Source of the DNA: Octopus vulgaris
Lineage: Eukaryota
Direction: 5' to 3'
Length of the DNA: 64,000 bases
NCBI GenBank assembly: GCA_951406725.2
Contig: OX597817.1
Coordinates: 84,940,001 to 85,004,000 of the forward strand
A program made the position numbers and the translations under genes. The notes under the pieces were generated by a model that searched no databases, was not told where the DNA came from, and saw nothing but the letters and a program-made list of their open reading frames with translations. Shown here piece by piece: positions 39,926 through 52,611 of this stretch. Each line of letters begins with the position of its first letter. The first letter of the stretch is position 1.

Positions 39926-39929
39926 AATT

Positions 39930-40348
39930 ACAATCAACATCAATGGAAATTGTAACTGTGATACCAGTGCCGGTGGCATGTATGAGAACCATCCGAACGT
40001 GGCCGTTGCCAGCGCCGCCCCGACTGGCCTCCGTGCCGGTGGCATGTAAAAAGCACCATCCGATTGTGGCCATTGCCAGCCTTGCCTGGCCCCCGGTGCC
40101 GGTGGCACGTAAAAAGCACCATCCGATCGTGGCCGTTTGCCGGCCTCGTCTGGCACCTGTGCAGGTGGCACGTACAAAGCACCCACTACACTCACAGAGT
40201 GGTTGGCGTTAGGAAGGGCATCCAGCTGTAGAAACACTGCCAGATCAGACTGGGCCTGGTGCAGCCTTCTGGCTTCCCAGACCCCAGTTGAACTGTCCAA
40301 CCCATGCTAGCATGGAAAATGGACGTTAAACGATGATGATGATGATGA
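39930..40348 (+). mobile_element. Young GC-rich RTE-tail element with internal tandem repeats and (GAT)n tail
   Basis: 4 GTGGCAYGTA.A.GCACC cores, CpG-rich, ending GGACGTTAAAC(GAT)5-6. Confidence 0.85.
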
Positions 40349-40559
40349 ATGAATATTACGGTAATGAAAGGTCACTTGGGCCCACATACACAATTTGACA
40401 AATGCAAAAGAAAATGCACAATCTCTGCACAAGGAAAGAAACTAATTTCTGAGCCTACCACATGTCTTTCCTTGAGTTTGTATCATCATTCAGCATTGTT
40501 ATATCATTTCAATGGAATTTGCTTGAGGATAAAAGTTTTTTTTTATATAGAAATCAATA

Positions 40560-41830
40560 TTGTGTTTAACTTTTTTTAATAGAAATATTTACCTTACTGA
40601 AGCAAAACCTGTACAAAAGAAAATTACTGTGGAAATAAAGAAAAGGATTTCTAAGAGAGAAAGTAGTACTGAGTTAAGTGTGGAATATGGATTGGCTGAA
40701 TCTACAATCTATACCATTTTTAAAAGAAAGGATGAACTATACAGTGCATCAGTGGTTAAAAGTATATGCAGATTTCATAATATTCATACCTCAAATACTG
40801 AAGAGATGGAAAAAAAATAATCTTTCAAAGAGAAACAATTTGCTGGTCATACAGTAAGAGAAACATTTTGTTGTGAAAAAGAGAAGTCTCTTCATGAACA
40901 GTTTCAGAGAGATGCTTCTATTACTAGTGTTGAGAGCAATGTAAAGCAAGTAGAATTTAAAACCAGCAAAGGTGGGTCTGAATCTTTTAGAAAAATGTTT
41001 GTGTTACTGTACCAAATTTTGTGAGCTTCTAAGTGTAATTTTTCTTCTCAACAATTATTTTAACTGCAATGAGACTGGATTTTCCTTTTTCTAATACCTA
41101 AGAGGACCTATACCCCACAAGAAGAAATCAAATTCTCGGTACATGAAGGATAGGGTGAAACTTCAGGCAATCTGAAGGCAAAACAAGAACAGGTTTAGTG
41201 CCCAATGGCTTTCCATCTCAGACTTTTATTACCAGGAACTTATCCACTGTGTTTCACTGATGTCTTACAATGAAGGCTCTTCTTGTTATTGATAGTGCTC
41301 CAGCATACTCCTTCCTAATCAAGAGTGGGAATTCTGGAGTAATGCCACAGGTGTTTGATTCAATCAAAATTCAATTCTTGCTCCCAATGTCACTCCTATG
41401 CTACAGCTCATGGATTAGCAACTGAGAGCAAATTTTAAAAGTGTACACAAACCATCTATTCAGGACCTGTTTTGAAGCAACTTCTAGTAATGGGACATTA
41501 ACCATTAATAGGGTTTTAGAAGAACCACCTTATCAATGCAAATGAGGTTCATTTCATGGTGAAATCATGAGGAGGGCTTACCTCTAAGTATCTAAACACT
41601 TCTTAAAAAGCACTGTGACCTGACGCAGTTTCTTTAAAGGGCTTTGAAACATCTGATACAGTTTGTCGTTGAAAAAATTCTATGTGAATAAACCTATGGG
41701 CCTGGAGATGAATGAAGGGGATATGAATAGCTTGCTTAAGAAACACAAAAGAGAACTTTTCATCAATGACCTGAGGAAGCCTGATCACAAAGAAGCTGGA
41801 TAACAATGACTGACATTAAGGAGGAGGGCC
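40560..41830 (+). mobile_element. Tigger/pogo-like transposase fossil
   Basis: KKITVEIKK..ELSVEYGLAESTIYTIFKRKD (psq HTH), EEMEK, EFKTSKG, QQLFNCNETG..PKRTY, LLVIDSAPA, IQFLLP. TIRs not identified. Confidence 0.8.
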
Positions 41831-42619
41831 AAAATCATCCAAAAGGAGTTCTCACAAGAGAACAGCCAAAATGGATTTATTATTTTTTTTAATCTAGAGT
41901 GAGCTGAAAGACCTTACAAGACCCTATCACTTTTTCTTAGAGGATATTGAGCTAAGTATCAACTATTTTTCTTAGAAACTGTTGCAATATTTTTGGAATA
42001 GCTTATAGAAATCCATCCTGCATGCATTCTTTAAAAAGTGACTTAAAACCTTTCTGCTTCTGTTGTTTTTTCTTAAGTAACAGACCTTGATGAGACATTC
42101 GCCAAAGATACTTAAAAGAGATGACTTTTCCTCCTCAAAAATTTCCACCTAATCCTAGTTTCATGTTGCCCTTCACTTTGGCTGAATAGCCTATTAAACT
42201 CAGGTGAGCAATGTGATTTTTCAATTGTTGATTTATAATCATTTTTACATTTATTTATAAATGCAAATCAAAAATTTAATTGTTCTTTCATTCTACATAT
42301 CACTGATGTTATTTAGCAGTAATAACATCTTTGTAAAAAAGAAACCTTTGAAATGAGATATGAATTTTATACACATCTATTTATATTTTAGAATTCTTGT
42401 TATTTATTATATTGCATTGTTTACATTGTTATTATATGCTTTTGTTTTGTATTGATTATGTTTTATTAATGTTGAAAGTTGTGATTTGGGTGCAAATCTT
42501 TGTCCTTGGTTGACTTTTTAAAAAAAACCCAGTCCTTGAGGACATATATTTTAAGTGATATGCTATTGATTTGTGTGGTAGTGAATGGGGTTTCTGGATG
42601 AATTGGTTTTGTTACTATG

Positions 42620-42654
<35 letters not shown>

Positions 42655-43123
42655 ACAGTAGTTCCTATATCCGAAAAAGGACACTCTAAAGCATTAGAGC
42701 AGTAATGTATTTTTTTAAGAAAGTAAAAGATATGGCTGGTAATAGAGTTTCATACTTATAAAGTGCTTAGCAGTATAGGTGACTCATCAGAATCAAATGA
42801 CTGAAGGCATATAACCTCTCTACAAGTGGAGGAAGAAATACATAATCAGTTGGGTTTTTTATGTATATAAAGAGAGTACTGTTATTTGCTTAAATAGGAG
42901 ATAAAAGTTGGTAAAACCTTTGAGCAATGCAGGTGAGGAGTTAAAATATATAAGGTGATGTTAACCTTACTTAGGTTCTTTAATAGTCTTATAAAATTTT
43001 GAGATATTTTCAAATAAAGGAAAATAAATTCTTGAGAAGTTCTTACTGACAAGCCATTTCAGTCTGTTATAGCTAAGAAATCATTACAGAATCTCTCTCT
43101 CTCTCTCTTTACACACACATAAG

Positions 43124-44018
43124 TAGGGTGTTTGGCTAAACTTGACAATTTTATGCCTCCTGTTTTTCAGGAAAAGTTTGATGTATTGGTAAATAGGCAA
43201 TGGCATTGGAGAGCATAAAGATTAAAGTTGTAGTTGAGAAAAAGTTAGCTGACATAGAGGACAGGAAGCCACCTGAATACTGAAAAAGAGTTACCTGTAT
43301 TATGATGATTCACATTGGGTACCAAAAATGCCAACATCATGATTGCTACCCAATGCTTTGTGAACACAGTAAAGGCTGTAATACATGATATGATATGGAC
43401 AGCTGCAATAGTAACTTTGAAGCTATGGCCAGCAAGAAGGGACACAGAAGGTATTCTGTCAGTGTTTACAAACCAGAATTCATTCCCACATCTTTGAATA
43501 GGGCCTTAGGCTCAATTTAGATGGCTATGTGAAACACCTGGAGACTGGTCAATTTCTGGCTGGAGAGGGTTGCAGCTGGAAGGCTATGTGTGTGGCAGCA
43601 GAATTTGGCTTTTAGCCATACCTCTGGAAAGAGTCAGAAGTGGTTGTCAAAGAATTTCTGAGACTTCACCAGCCCCAATTTCTGGCCTCCTAATTCTCCC
43701 ATGGATTACTGTGTATGGGTCATGGTTGAGGAAGATACCAACCACTCTGCCTGCAACACCATGGCCAAGCTGTGGCCAAGATCAGGGAGGTGTTTGAAGA
43801 TCTTCCCACGGATACAGTGAGGAATGCAGGCATCAGGTTCCATAGCCATCTTGAGGTAGTAGAAGCAGCTGGGGATGGCAACTTTGAGTGAAACGTTATC
43901 TCTCAACCATAACCTAGTTGATATATTTTTGATTTTTATAAAGAACATTTATTTTTGGATGGGCTATTGAGCTTTCTTTGCTTTTATGTAAACTGTCAAA
44001 TTTAGCTCAGACACCTTG
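43124..44018 (+). mobile_element. Internally deleted maT (DD37D-type) Tc1/mariner fossil
   Basis: TIRs AGGGTGTTTGGCTAAACTTGACA / TGTCAAATTTAGCTCAGACACCTTG. Remnants VWQQN.A..HTSGKSQKWLSKNF, WPPNSP..MDYCVW..VE. Confidence 0.8.
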
Positions 44019-44899
44019 TTCAGGCTAAATATGAGAGATATTCTATGAAATACCATTATTGTTCCAATTGAAACAATGTGTTACTTCTTGATGTTAAATT
44101 ATCATAGTATATCTATTATTATTTGAAATGTTACATGTCTAAATAATATAATTTTGTTTTTTTTAACAAAATATTTCTATTGTCATGTCTTTAGGGTTAA
44201 GGTAAACCGGAGAAATTATTTACAAATTAAAGAAAAATTATATGCATAGGAATGTTAAAGAATGCCTTTGCAAAATGCTTTAGAAAAAAATTGTCGTTTA
44301 TCTTGAGTAATAAAAAAAAATTTAATTGAATAAATTGGGATATATAAATCAGATGATTAGAAATCATTTGATTTCATGCTTATATTTGAAGAATTAATTT
44401 ATCATCAATCTTATTTAAAAGTAGATCACTTGTCTGCCCTCAAAATATGAAACTCTTGCTTCAAATAGTAAATAAGTATGAGTAGATTGGACTATTTATG
44501 CTGATATGCAAGTAGTAACATGTCTTTGAGATTGTTGTATAAAATACTTATTTCTAGTGACTGAGATAACTGAGTGGACATAGAACATTTTTTTATAGCA
44601 ACCCTCACCCATTTCCAAGCAAGATAATATTTCCCAATACCAGACATGATAGTGACACTTGTTTACAACTATCATGTGATAAGACACAGGGACAAAGACA
44701 TACATATATATATATATATATATAATAGGTTTCTTTCAGTTACCATGTACCAAATTCATTTGCAAGGCCTTGGTCAGTTCAGAGCTATACTAGACACTTG
44801 CCCAGTGTGCCACACAGTGGGACTGAACCTGTGGTTGCGAAGCAACGATGTTTGCACCTACAACTATTGTATATAACCTATAACTATTGTATATAAATT

Positions 44900-45315
44900 T
44901 ATGATGCATAATATTTTCCTAAAAGCTCTTCATAATGATAAAAGAGCATTGAAAGACTGTTACTATAAGTTCTTAGATGTAACTGAACCAAAATTAAATG
45001 GTGGTATTTTTATTGGACCACAAAATAAAGAACTGATGGAAGATGGCATTTTTGAGAACAGGATATATGAATTTGAGTTAGAAGCCATATAAGTGTATCA
45101 TTTGATTCAAAACCTTGGCAGCATAAAAGCTCCAAATTACAATCAATTGACTGAAAGCAAGATTTTATTACTTTTCAATAAACTTGAATGTAGAAGAGTG
45201 GAAAAATTCACTGTTAGCTATATTCAGAAAAATATAGCAAGTACTGTAAAAATAAAGGTAAATATTTTCACCAAGACATGATACTAATGGAAGAAAGATA
45301 CCATGGGCAGTAGAA
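44900..45315 (+). mobile_element. Chapaev3-like (CMC superfamily) transposase C-terminal fragment
   Basis: KFLDVTEPKLNGGIFIGPQNKELMED..FE, NLGSIKAPNY, FHQDM..MEERYHG resemble KFP.LSEAKLKEGIFVGPQIR and ERFHQDI..ME.RYQG. Family assignment from recall. Confidence 0.6.
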
Positions 45316-45324
45316 TATTGAGTA

Positions 45325-45535
45325 TAATCCTTTATCTCCTAGAGGCACAAGGCCTGAAAGTTTTTGGGAGGGGGAAGTTATCTGATTACATTGATACCTG
45401 TGCTTGAGTGGTACATAATTTATCCACCTCAAAAGGATGAAAGGCAAAGTAAACCTCAGTGGAATATGTACTAAAAGATGGGTAAAATGCTGCTATACAT
45501 TTTGACATGCTAACAATACCAGTTAACCACCTGAG
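45325..45535 (-). mobile_element. Family-B SINE
   Basis: Reverse complement of the GAGGT..ACTTTGCCTTTCATCCTTT..GG..GATAAATTA.GTACCA core. Confidence 0.7.
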
Positions 45536-47055
45536 AATATTAGTATAATGATTAATTATAATAGGTGTTTGAATCAAATTATATTCCTATCAATAGAGGT
45601 ATGAAAATGATAGACAAATACCTGTGAAGAATCATGATTTTGCTGCTATTTTAACATTTTTCTACTGTAAATATGTTTTCATAATTTATTTAAAAAAAGG
45701 AACTGATCTAATAGAGAGAAGTTGATCAGTTCAGAAAATGCACATGGAAATTAGATTAAATAGGCATACCTTCCTTAAAAAATAGAAAAAACAAAAATGA
45801 AGACATTCCCAAAAGCAACTCTTGAAATCCCAAACTGAAATTGAAGTAATATTGTTTGAGATTGAAAACTGTGACTCAGCTCTTTTGCAAGAAACAAAGT
45901 TTAATCTCATTCTAGAAAGAACTTTCTGTCAAAAGACTTCCTGTTTGCACTATATGTATTTATTTTTTTGCATTTTATTGAGTGAATTTCTTTGAACTTT
46001 TCCTTCTTTTGATTCTAAAGCATAATGGCAGTTAATATCTCAAGAAGGGAGTTAGAATTCAATGCTATTTATTAAAGATTTATTATTAGTGAAAAGTGCT
46101 TGAGCTGGGATAAAATAATTAGTGACATTTCAGTGTATCTATAAGCACCAGTGATCTAAGAAACGGAATTAATTGATTCTGAACAGGATTAGAGTAGTCA
46201 TATAGTTGATTGCATCAATGCTCTTGGAAATGGTAAGAATTAAAAACCATTAATTTACTGATACATTTTAAATGTAGGTCTCCACATACTTGTGGGTTTT
46301 GAGGAGTGTGTAGTTATTGGAACAAGAGAAAATAGCACTAATTTGTGGAGCCTTTCAAAAGTTCTGAATGGAGGAGTTGAAGGTATATTTTGGAATCCTT
46401 TTACTTATGTGAGTTGTGCAGCTTTCAAGTTACAGAGACTACCTGCAGCATAAATTCAGTTCTAAAATGAGAAATCAGCTCCCCAGAAATATCTGGTAGA
46501 AAGTATGTGAGATCATCTACATGTATTCAACTTAACTGTATTTAAGTTACTTTGGCAGGTGACAGTGATATGACAACAGATAAAAACCATGTTCACAATT
46601 TACCTCAATTGCCATTTCATCCAAATTTATGCAATAATTATATTTTTATGACTTTTGTTCTACACAAGCAACATTTCATTGAAATCTTTCATTACAGGAC
46701 TACAAGCGTTAACAGTGACTTTACTAAAAAGTTAACTTCACAAATAATGTTTTCTATGGCTTAGAAGAGGGAGAGCAATGCTCATTACCTTTTTATATAG
46801 GGCCTTCACAAAAGACATCCAAGAACCAGATTGTGGTGTTAAACTGGGTAACAGATTAAGGTATATCACTTATGAACAGATGCAGCCCATTTGATGGGCT
46901 TCCACAGATCTTGTTGACCCAACAGAGGAAACTTAGAACTGTGGTAAAAAGTTTCACGAGGCACAGCTCAATGAGACTGAACTCTAAACCACGTGATTGC
47001 AAATCAGATTTCTTAACCATATAGCGATGTTTGCACCCATGAAGAAGAATTAGAA

Positions 47056-47280
47056 TTAACCCTTTAGTACTTAAACTGGTCATATCTGGCCCAAATATTT
47101 TACCTGTTTTATGTTCAAAATGGCCATATCCAGCCTCTCACACCTATCCTACAAAGTCATCCTAAAAATATCAATCACATTGAAATTTCCAAGCTACAAG
47201 GTAATGCATGATGAATTTAAAACAATGTGAATGAATAAGCATTAAATTTGACAGAGCAATCAGAATGCTACTGGCTTAAT
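47056..47280. mobile_element. TTAACCCTT-ended MITE (piggyBac-type)
   Basis: TTAACCCTTTAGTA start and a degenerate ATGCTACTGGCTTAA end about 220 bp later. Confidence 0.45.
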
Positions 47281-47774
47281 ATTAAATGAAAGGAATAGAG
47301 GAGGTGTTCATAGTCTAAAGGCCCTCCAAGACTGATGAGCTTCAACCTTTGAAGGTTGATGGCTGAAAGTAAAACATAGTAAATAATTCTTGAGTTCAGT
47401 AAAAGGAAAGATTGGCACTTGGGGAATTAGAATATGGATGATGAGATGTTTAACCACTAAATCTGACCTGACCAAGCTGACTAATTTCTTTTTGTATTTC
47501 TATTTTGCCTGTGTCATGTTATTAAGACAGTAAAATGCAATTTGAGGGAGATTTGGTTGCTATTTCTAATGGGTTAAGCAACCATAAAGAAGCTCTCTTA
47601 CTGACTTGTGACAAGAAATGTAAATGTATTGGGTGTGCATGGTCAAAGGAGGTATATATCTTGTTAGAGGAATGGAACAAATGGCATGCCTGTGGCAACT
47701 GCAGTATGCTAGACATAACATGTGAGCTGCACTCCTTGAGAAAATACTGATTTTCAAAAACAAATATGGGTCTC

Positions 47775-48135
47775 GTCTTTCCATCTCTTGTCTCAGTCAT
47801 CAGACAGCAGCCATACTGGAGCACTGCCTTGAATTTTTAGTTGAATGAAATGACCCCAGTATTTATTTTTTTAAAGCCTGGTTCTTATTCTATTGGTCTT
47901 TTTGTCGAACTGCTAAGTTACAGGGATGTAAACAAACCTGCACCAGTTTTTAAGCGGTGGTGGGAGACAGACACAGACACAAAAACTCATGCAGCGTCTT
48001 TCGGTTTCCATCTACTAAATTGAGTCACACGGATTTGGTTGGCTCAAGACACTTGCCAAGGTGCCATGCAGTGGAACTGAACCTGGAATTATAAGGTTCC
48101 ATTGGGAAGCAAACTTCTTACCATACAGCCATGCC
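47775..48135 (-). mobile_element. Family-A SINE
   Basis: Same head and tail blocks as 29115-29490. Confidence 0.8.
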
Positions 48136-48636
48136 TGGGTATTAATTTTTGCATTTGAGCTATTATATAAAAGTAAAGAACATGGCCATATGAATTTAAT
48201 AGTTCATTGGAACAAGATGTCTAGCCACTCAAAAAATTCAGAGGGCAACCGAAACTGAAGGGATCAAGATTCAGTTTGATCTTTTGAAGGTTGATTTCTA
48301 AAAAGGCAGACATAAACTTGTGGAGAGTTACAATTTTAGGTATGGAAGATTGAGAAACAATTTACTGCAGGTTTTGGGAGCAAGAAATAAGGCATTTTAG
48401 CAGAAGGAGAGGCAGCAGAAACAACATATCTGTGCACTAGTGATTGTAGAAGGTTGGCAAGCAAATGTTTGTCATCAGCTACATTGTTTCTTCTTAAACA
48501 GCCTAGAAGGTTTGCATGTAGCTACAGCAAACATGTAAGTAGTGCAGCAATGTGGGTCATACTTGAGCTTTAAAGAAACTTATCAGTAACTGATAAGTGT
48601 TGAAATATTTCCTGGTCCTGAAGAGGGAGTGAAGTC

Positions 48637-48857
48637 TTAATTCTTTGATACCAAACTGCCTGACAACACCCTTGGTTCATTGGTACAAACATCCTATTTA
48701 AAGTGATCTAAATTAAAACTCTCCATTAAAATTTCATGTTAATTTATATTCCAAACATCAACTTAATAATGACAAAGTTATTTTACTCAATTATTTTTCA
48801 AAATTAATTGAAATACAAGTAGTGTAGTTTGTCAGAAATACGGTAACAAAAAGTTAA
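48637..48857 (+). mobile_element. Copy of the ~225-bp TTAA-ended MITE
   Basis: TTAATTCTTTGATACCAA...GGTAACAAAAAGTTAA, aligning with 27424-27652. Confidence 0.7.
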
Positions 48858-49339
48858 GGGTATGATTTTAGCAATATTATACCCTCTGTTTAGCAATGAT
48901 TCACTATAGTGAATTTTTCTTCGAGATGCTATTTTCAGTAGAAAAGCACAATACTGTTATGATAATAATTTTATGTAAACATGTAAAAAATTATAATTCA
49001 CATTTATGCATACTTTTACACACAACCAAATTTTTCACAGAATTTGTTAGCCATCATGAGTGGAATTTATCTTAGAACTGCAAGTGCTAAAAGTTCATCT
49101 ATGGTTATAAGGCAAACCATGACACTGAATGCAAAATTGCAAGTGTTGAGGTGATTGGAAGCTGGTAAATATTGGATATATGCAGGTAAGACTTTAATAT
49201 TGGTCATAACAATTACAACCCTTGAAAATTGCAGACAAATTAAAGACTTCTGCCGTGATGAACAAATTAACATAAATTTTTGTATAAAAACAAAATGTGT
49301 AAAGATATACTCACTAAATGAGTGGGTAATGTAACACAA

Positions 49340-50360
49340 TGCAACATGCTAATAAGCCAACTTATCATAATGGATAAAACAAGGAGCATCTATAGGCATT
49401 TACAAAGAAGAGATAATTCAGAATCATTCACAGTTTGCAGTGTTTGGATTCAGAAATTTAAAGCACCAGAACTTACAAAGCATCTGTATGTCTTGTAAAG
49501 CTGCAAGAGGATTTCTAGGCAGCCAAAGGATTTCCCTAGGTTCTTTAGAGTATCACCAAATATGACAACTACCCTCCCTCACCATTTTGTATTCAACAGA
49601 TGAAAGTTCTTTTCTGGTGAAAAATGTCATCCTACACTTTCATCTGAGGGAAAAAAAAGGTTCTGATTGAAAGGCTTGAAAAGACTAACACCTCTACATG
49701 GCAGTAGTGCTTCAAAAGGCTTTCATACTGAAACCAATAGCTACTAATCATTCAGAAAATGGTTCACCAATTTAGATAACATCTATTTGTGATTCGGAGC
49801 AAGAAGGATAGGGTGGCAATAGGAATTTTCACACAGTAGTTACTTTCATACTTTTGTCCAGTGGTGTAAAGATATTGTAAATAGCACAACCTTGAAACTA
49901 AAGTATTGTTAGCAATTGATAATAGGTTATTATTGACATCCTTCAGATCTACATTTCTGTCAAAGTACCTACCATCAAATACTACTTTGTACCTCCAACT
50001 CATAAATCAGGATGTAATTTCTAATATCAAGGCTTACTTCCACCTTTGCTGCACTTTCAAACAATTTGTTGTAGAAACAGGCAGCCAAGTTGAATGTCAA
50101 TCAAGGACTTGAGGAAAAAATGAAATATCTATAAAGGTCATAGATCATGTCAAAATACCTTGGGATGAAGCAAGTGAGAACTGCATGAATATATTTTGAA
50201 AGAAGCTATGGCCAGAAGCAGGCAATGACTTCTTGGAATTGTATGAAAAATAGTACCAGCAGTATTCAATGGAGAATGCAAATTGCCAATTTGGAAGATT
50301 TGGAGAAATTAGCTGAGTCTTGTAGTAAAAGTATCTATTGAAGAATTTCAAAAGTCAGCA
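49340..50360 (-). mobile_element. Possible highly decayed piggyBac transposase
   Basis: Scattered minus-strand remnants (KFFNRYF, EYCW, FMQF, ESNYC, LYTT, Cys-rich end HCKL..APCFIHY) in roughly the expected order. Weak. Confidence 0.3.
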
Positions 50361-51207
50361 CAGCAATGCAACCAAAATAAGCCTGAAGACCCTACTGTGG
50401 AGTTGGTAAATCATAAAAAAATTTTATAACTGAATTTCCAAACTACAGCGCCATTAAGATTTTCCTTTTTTTTTTTTATTTGCTGAGTATGAAGAAAAGG
50501 GCATTGCCCACAACCTCTGCAGGTTCTCTGAGATTAGTGAATTCAGTGGCATAATGTTCTATTTAGACTGTTGTAGGCCAACATCTGCAAAAAGACATGA
50601 GAAGACAGCAGATTCCAGAAGGCCCATATTCAGGAGACAAAGGACTGGATACAGCAGTTAGCACTGGGTCAAGAAGTAAAAGGTGATAAAAGATGGGAAG
50701 ACAAGTGGTTGGGAGGTGGGGAGCCTTAATGTTTGAGGTAGGAGATAAAGAGCCAAGAAACAGAGGCCATTATAGTAATGATAGGAAAAAAAAACGACTT
50801 TTCATAAGATTTCAATTCAGACATTTAAGCTATGAAATTGCCAGTCAGTTATAATCTTAAATTAGTTCTGAAACTAATTTAGGATAATTACTAAGCTCTG
50901 TTAGTAGAGACAAAGTGTTGGGCTTTTCTTTTATTTCATCTATGTTTACTCATGTACTGAATTTTAAAATTATAATTATGCAGGTGTCTTTAAACATCAC
51001 AGGAAAATAAAGAAAGCTAGAATCAAAAGAAATCTCCAGTTTGAAGCCATACACATATTTGGTGAATTTTAATCATCCTCCACTTAATGCAAAACAAGGC
51101 AGCATCAATTACATAGTACATCTAATGTACATAGTTATGTAGATCTAATGTACATAGTTATTTAGTAAAACCAATTTATTATTAATAAATTCAAAGGAGA
51201 AACATAC

Positions 51208-51306
51208 CTGTGGTTCTGCTGCTAAGGCCACTTGATGAGATTTACTGGCATAAATAGATCGCTTGGCTACTTTTTTATGTTGTATATGATAGAAGTCGGG
51301 CATGAT
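51208..51306 (-). CDS. FURIN: Furin-like convertase, prodomain exon (IMPDFYHIQHKKVAKRSIYASKSHQVALAAEPQ)
   Basis: 99 nt, ttcag| acceptor and |GTATG donor, phase 0/0. Resembles the furin prodomain segment IFGDYYHFWHRGVTKRS...EPQ. Confidence 0.93.
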
Positions 51307-51384
51307 CTGAAATATATGAAATGAAAATGGCACTGTAATAAAATTATTTAATTAGCATAGCTAAACTGGCAATAGCTTAATCTG

Positions 51385-51570
51385 GAATACTGGTTTCAAA
51401 TTTTGGCACAAGACCAGCAATTTTAGGGAGTGGGCAGTTGATTACATTGCCCCTGGTACTCAAACGGTACTTATTTTATTGATCCCAAAAGGATGAAAGG
51501 CAAAGTTGACCTCAGCAGAATTTGAAGTCAGGCCATAAAGATGGACAGAATGCCACTTGCCACCTTAGCT
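51385..51570 (-). mobile_element. Family-B SINE
   Basis: GGTACTTATTTTATTGATCCCAAAAGGATGAAAGGCAAAGTTGACCTC is the reverse complement of the family-B core. Confidence 0.8.
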
Positions 51571-51772
51571 CAATCTGAAATATTACAAATATATTTGAAA
51601 AATGATGAAGTTAGTATGATGTCAAATATAAAAACTTAATCATTTTGAGACAACTTAAAAAACGGGAAAATAAATTTTAGCAATGATTTATAAGAACAAA
51701 AAGGATTAAGATTTCTTACAGCTATTACATTATTGTGATACAGACATATCTATAACAAAATTTAAGCTGTGT

Positions 51773-51992
51773 AAGGTGGTGAGCTGGCAGAAACATTAGC
51801 ATACCGGGCGAAATGCTTAGCAGTATTTCGTCTGTCTTTATGTTCTGAGTTCAAATTCCACAGAGGTCAACTTTGCCTTTCATTCTTTCATGGTCAATAA
51901 ATTAAGTACCAGTTGCATACTGATCTCAATTTAATCAACTGGCCCCTCCCTCAAAATTTTGGGCCTTGTGCCTAGAGTAGAAATGAATATTT
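51773..51992 (+). mobile_element. Family-B tRNA-derived SINE, full length
   Basis: A-box-like GAGCTGGCAGAAAC.TTAGC, B-box GAGTTCAAATTCC, then the GCCTTTCATTCTTTC..GGTCAATAAATTAAGTACC core (recalls the Sauria/MetaSINE-type central domain). Confidence 0.85.
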
Positions 51993-52548
51993 AAGTTGTG
52001 TATATATTGATCAACATGACCAATTTCATATCCCCTATCACAAGTAGGTAGTTAGCAATTGAAAAAAAGCAAATGTTTAGACCTTCAAAAACCTATTAGT
52101 AGGGAAAATGGGTATAAAAAAAATAGACCATTTCATTTTAGGCTTGAAGAAAATTAAGGGAATGATTGCAGAGATAACAGCAGTTATTATGTAGCATTTT
52201 CCCTTTATTTCCTGGTATCAGTAGTTTGACAGTATGTGGTGTGAGTACAGGTTAGAAAATACAAACCAAGAAACTTCAATAATAAAAAATAACTTTTGTT
52301 ATACAATATTATTAAAAGTGAGATGTGTATATTAGGCTGTGGAATGCACATACATATGCTCATGTTGAGATGTAAAAAAAAAGTGTGATATTTGTACATC
52401 AAATGTGTACAAATAGATAACACTCAGAAGACAGATAAAAGCAAACAACAAGTTTTTAAACTGGCGGAAGTAGCAATTGACTCTTGATTTTTCATTTAAA
52501 TCAACACAACTTAAGATTCAAGATAGAAAATGGAACTGATTTTCTATA

Positions 52549-52549
52549 T

Positions 52550-52610
<61 letters not shown>
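52549..52610. repeat. (GA)n microsatellite
   Basis: Directly visible. Confidence 0.95.

Positions 52611-52611
<1 letters not shown>

Noticed and set aside
39525-40300. Long overlapping ORFs of 174 and 157 aa
   Set aside because: Chance open frames across a PLE fragment and a GC-rich tandem-repeat element.
47322-47395. Hammerhead-like CTGATGA-stem-GAAA with a possible stem I (CAAGA/TCTTG)
   Set aside because: Extra T before GAAA, no stem III and no correctly placed NUH triplet. At best a dead relic.
51773-51870. tRNA-like A and B boxes
   Set aside because: No complete cloverleaf, and the sequence continues into a SINE body found in several copies.
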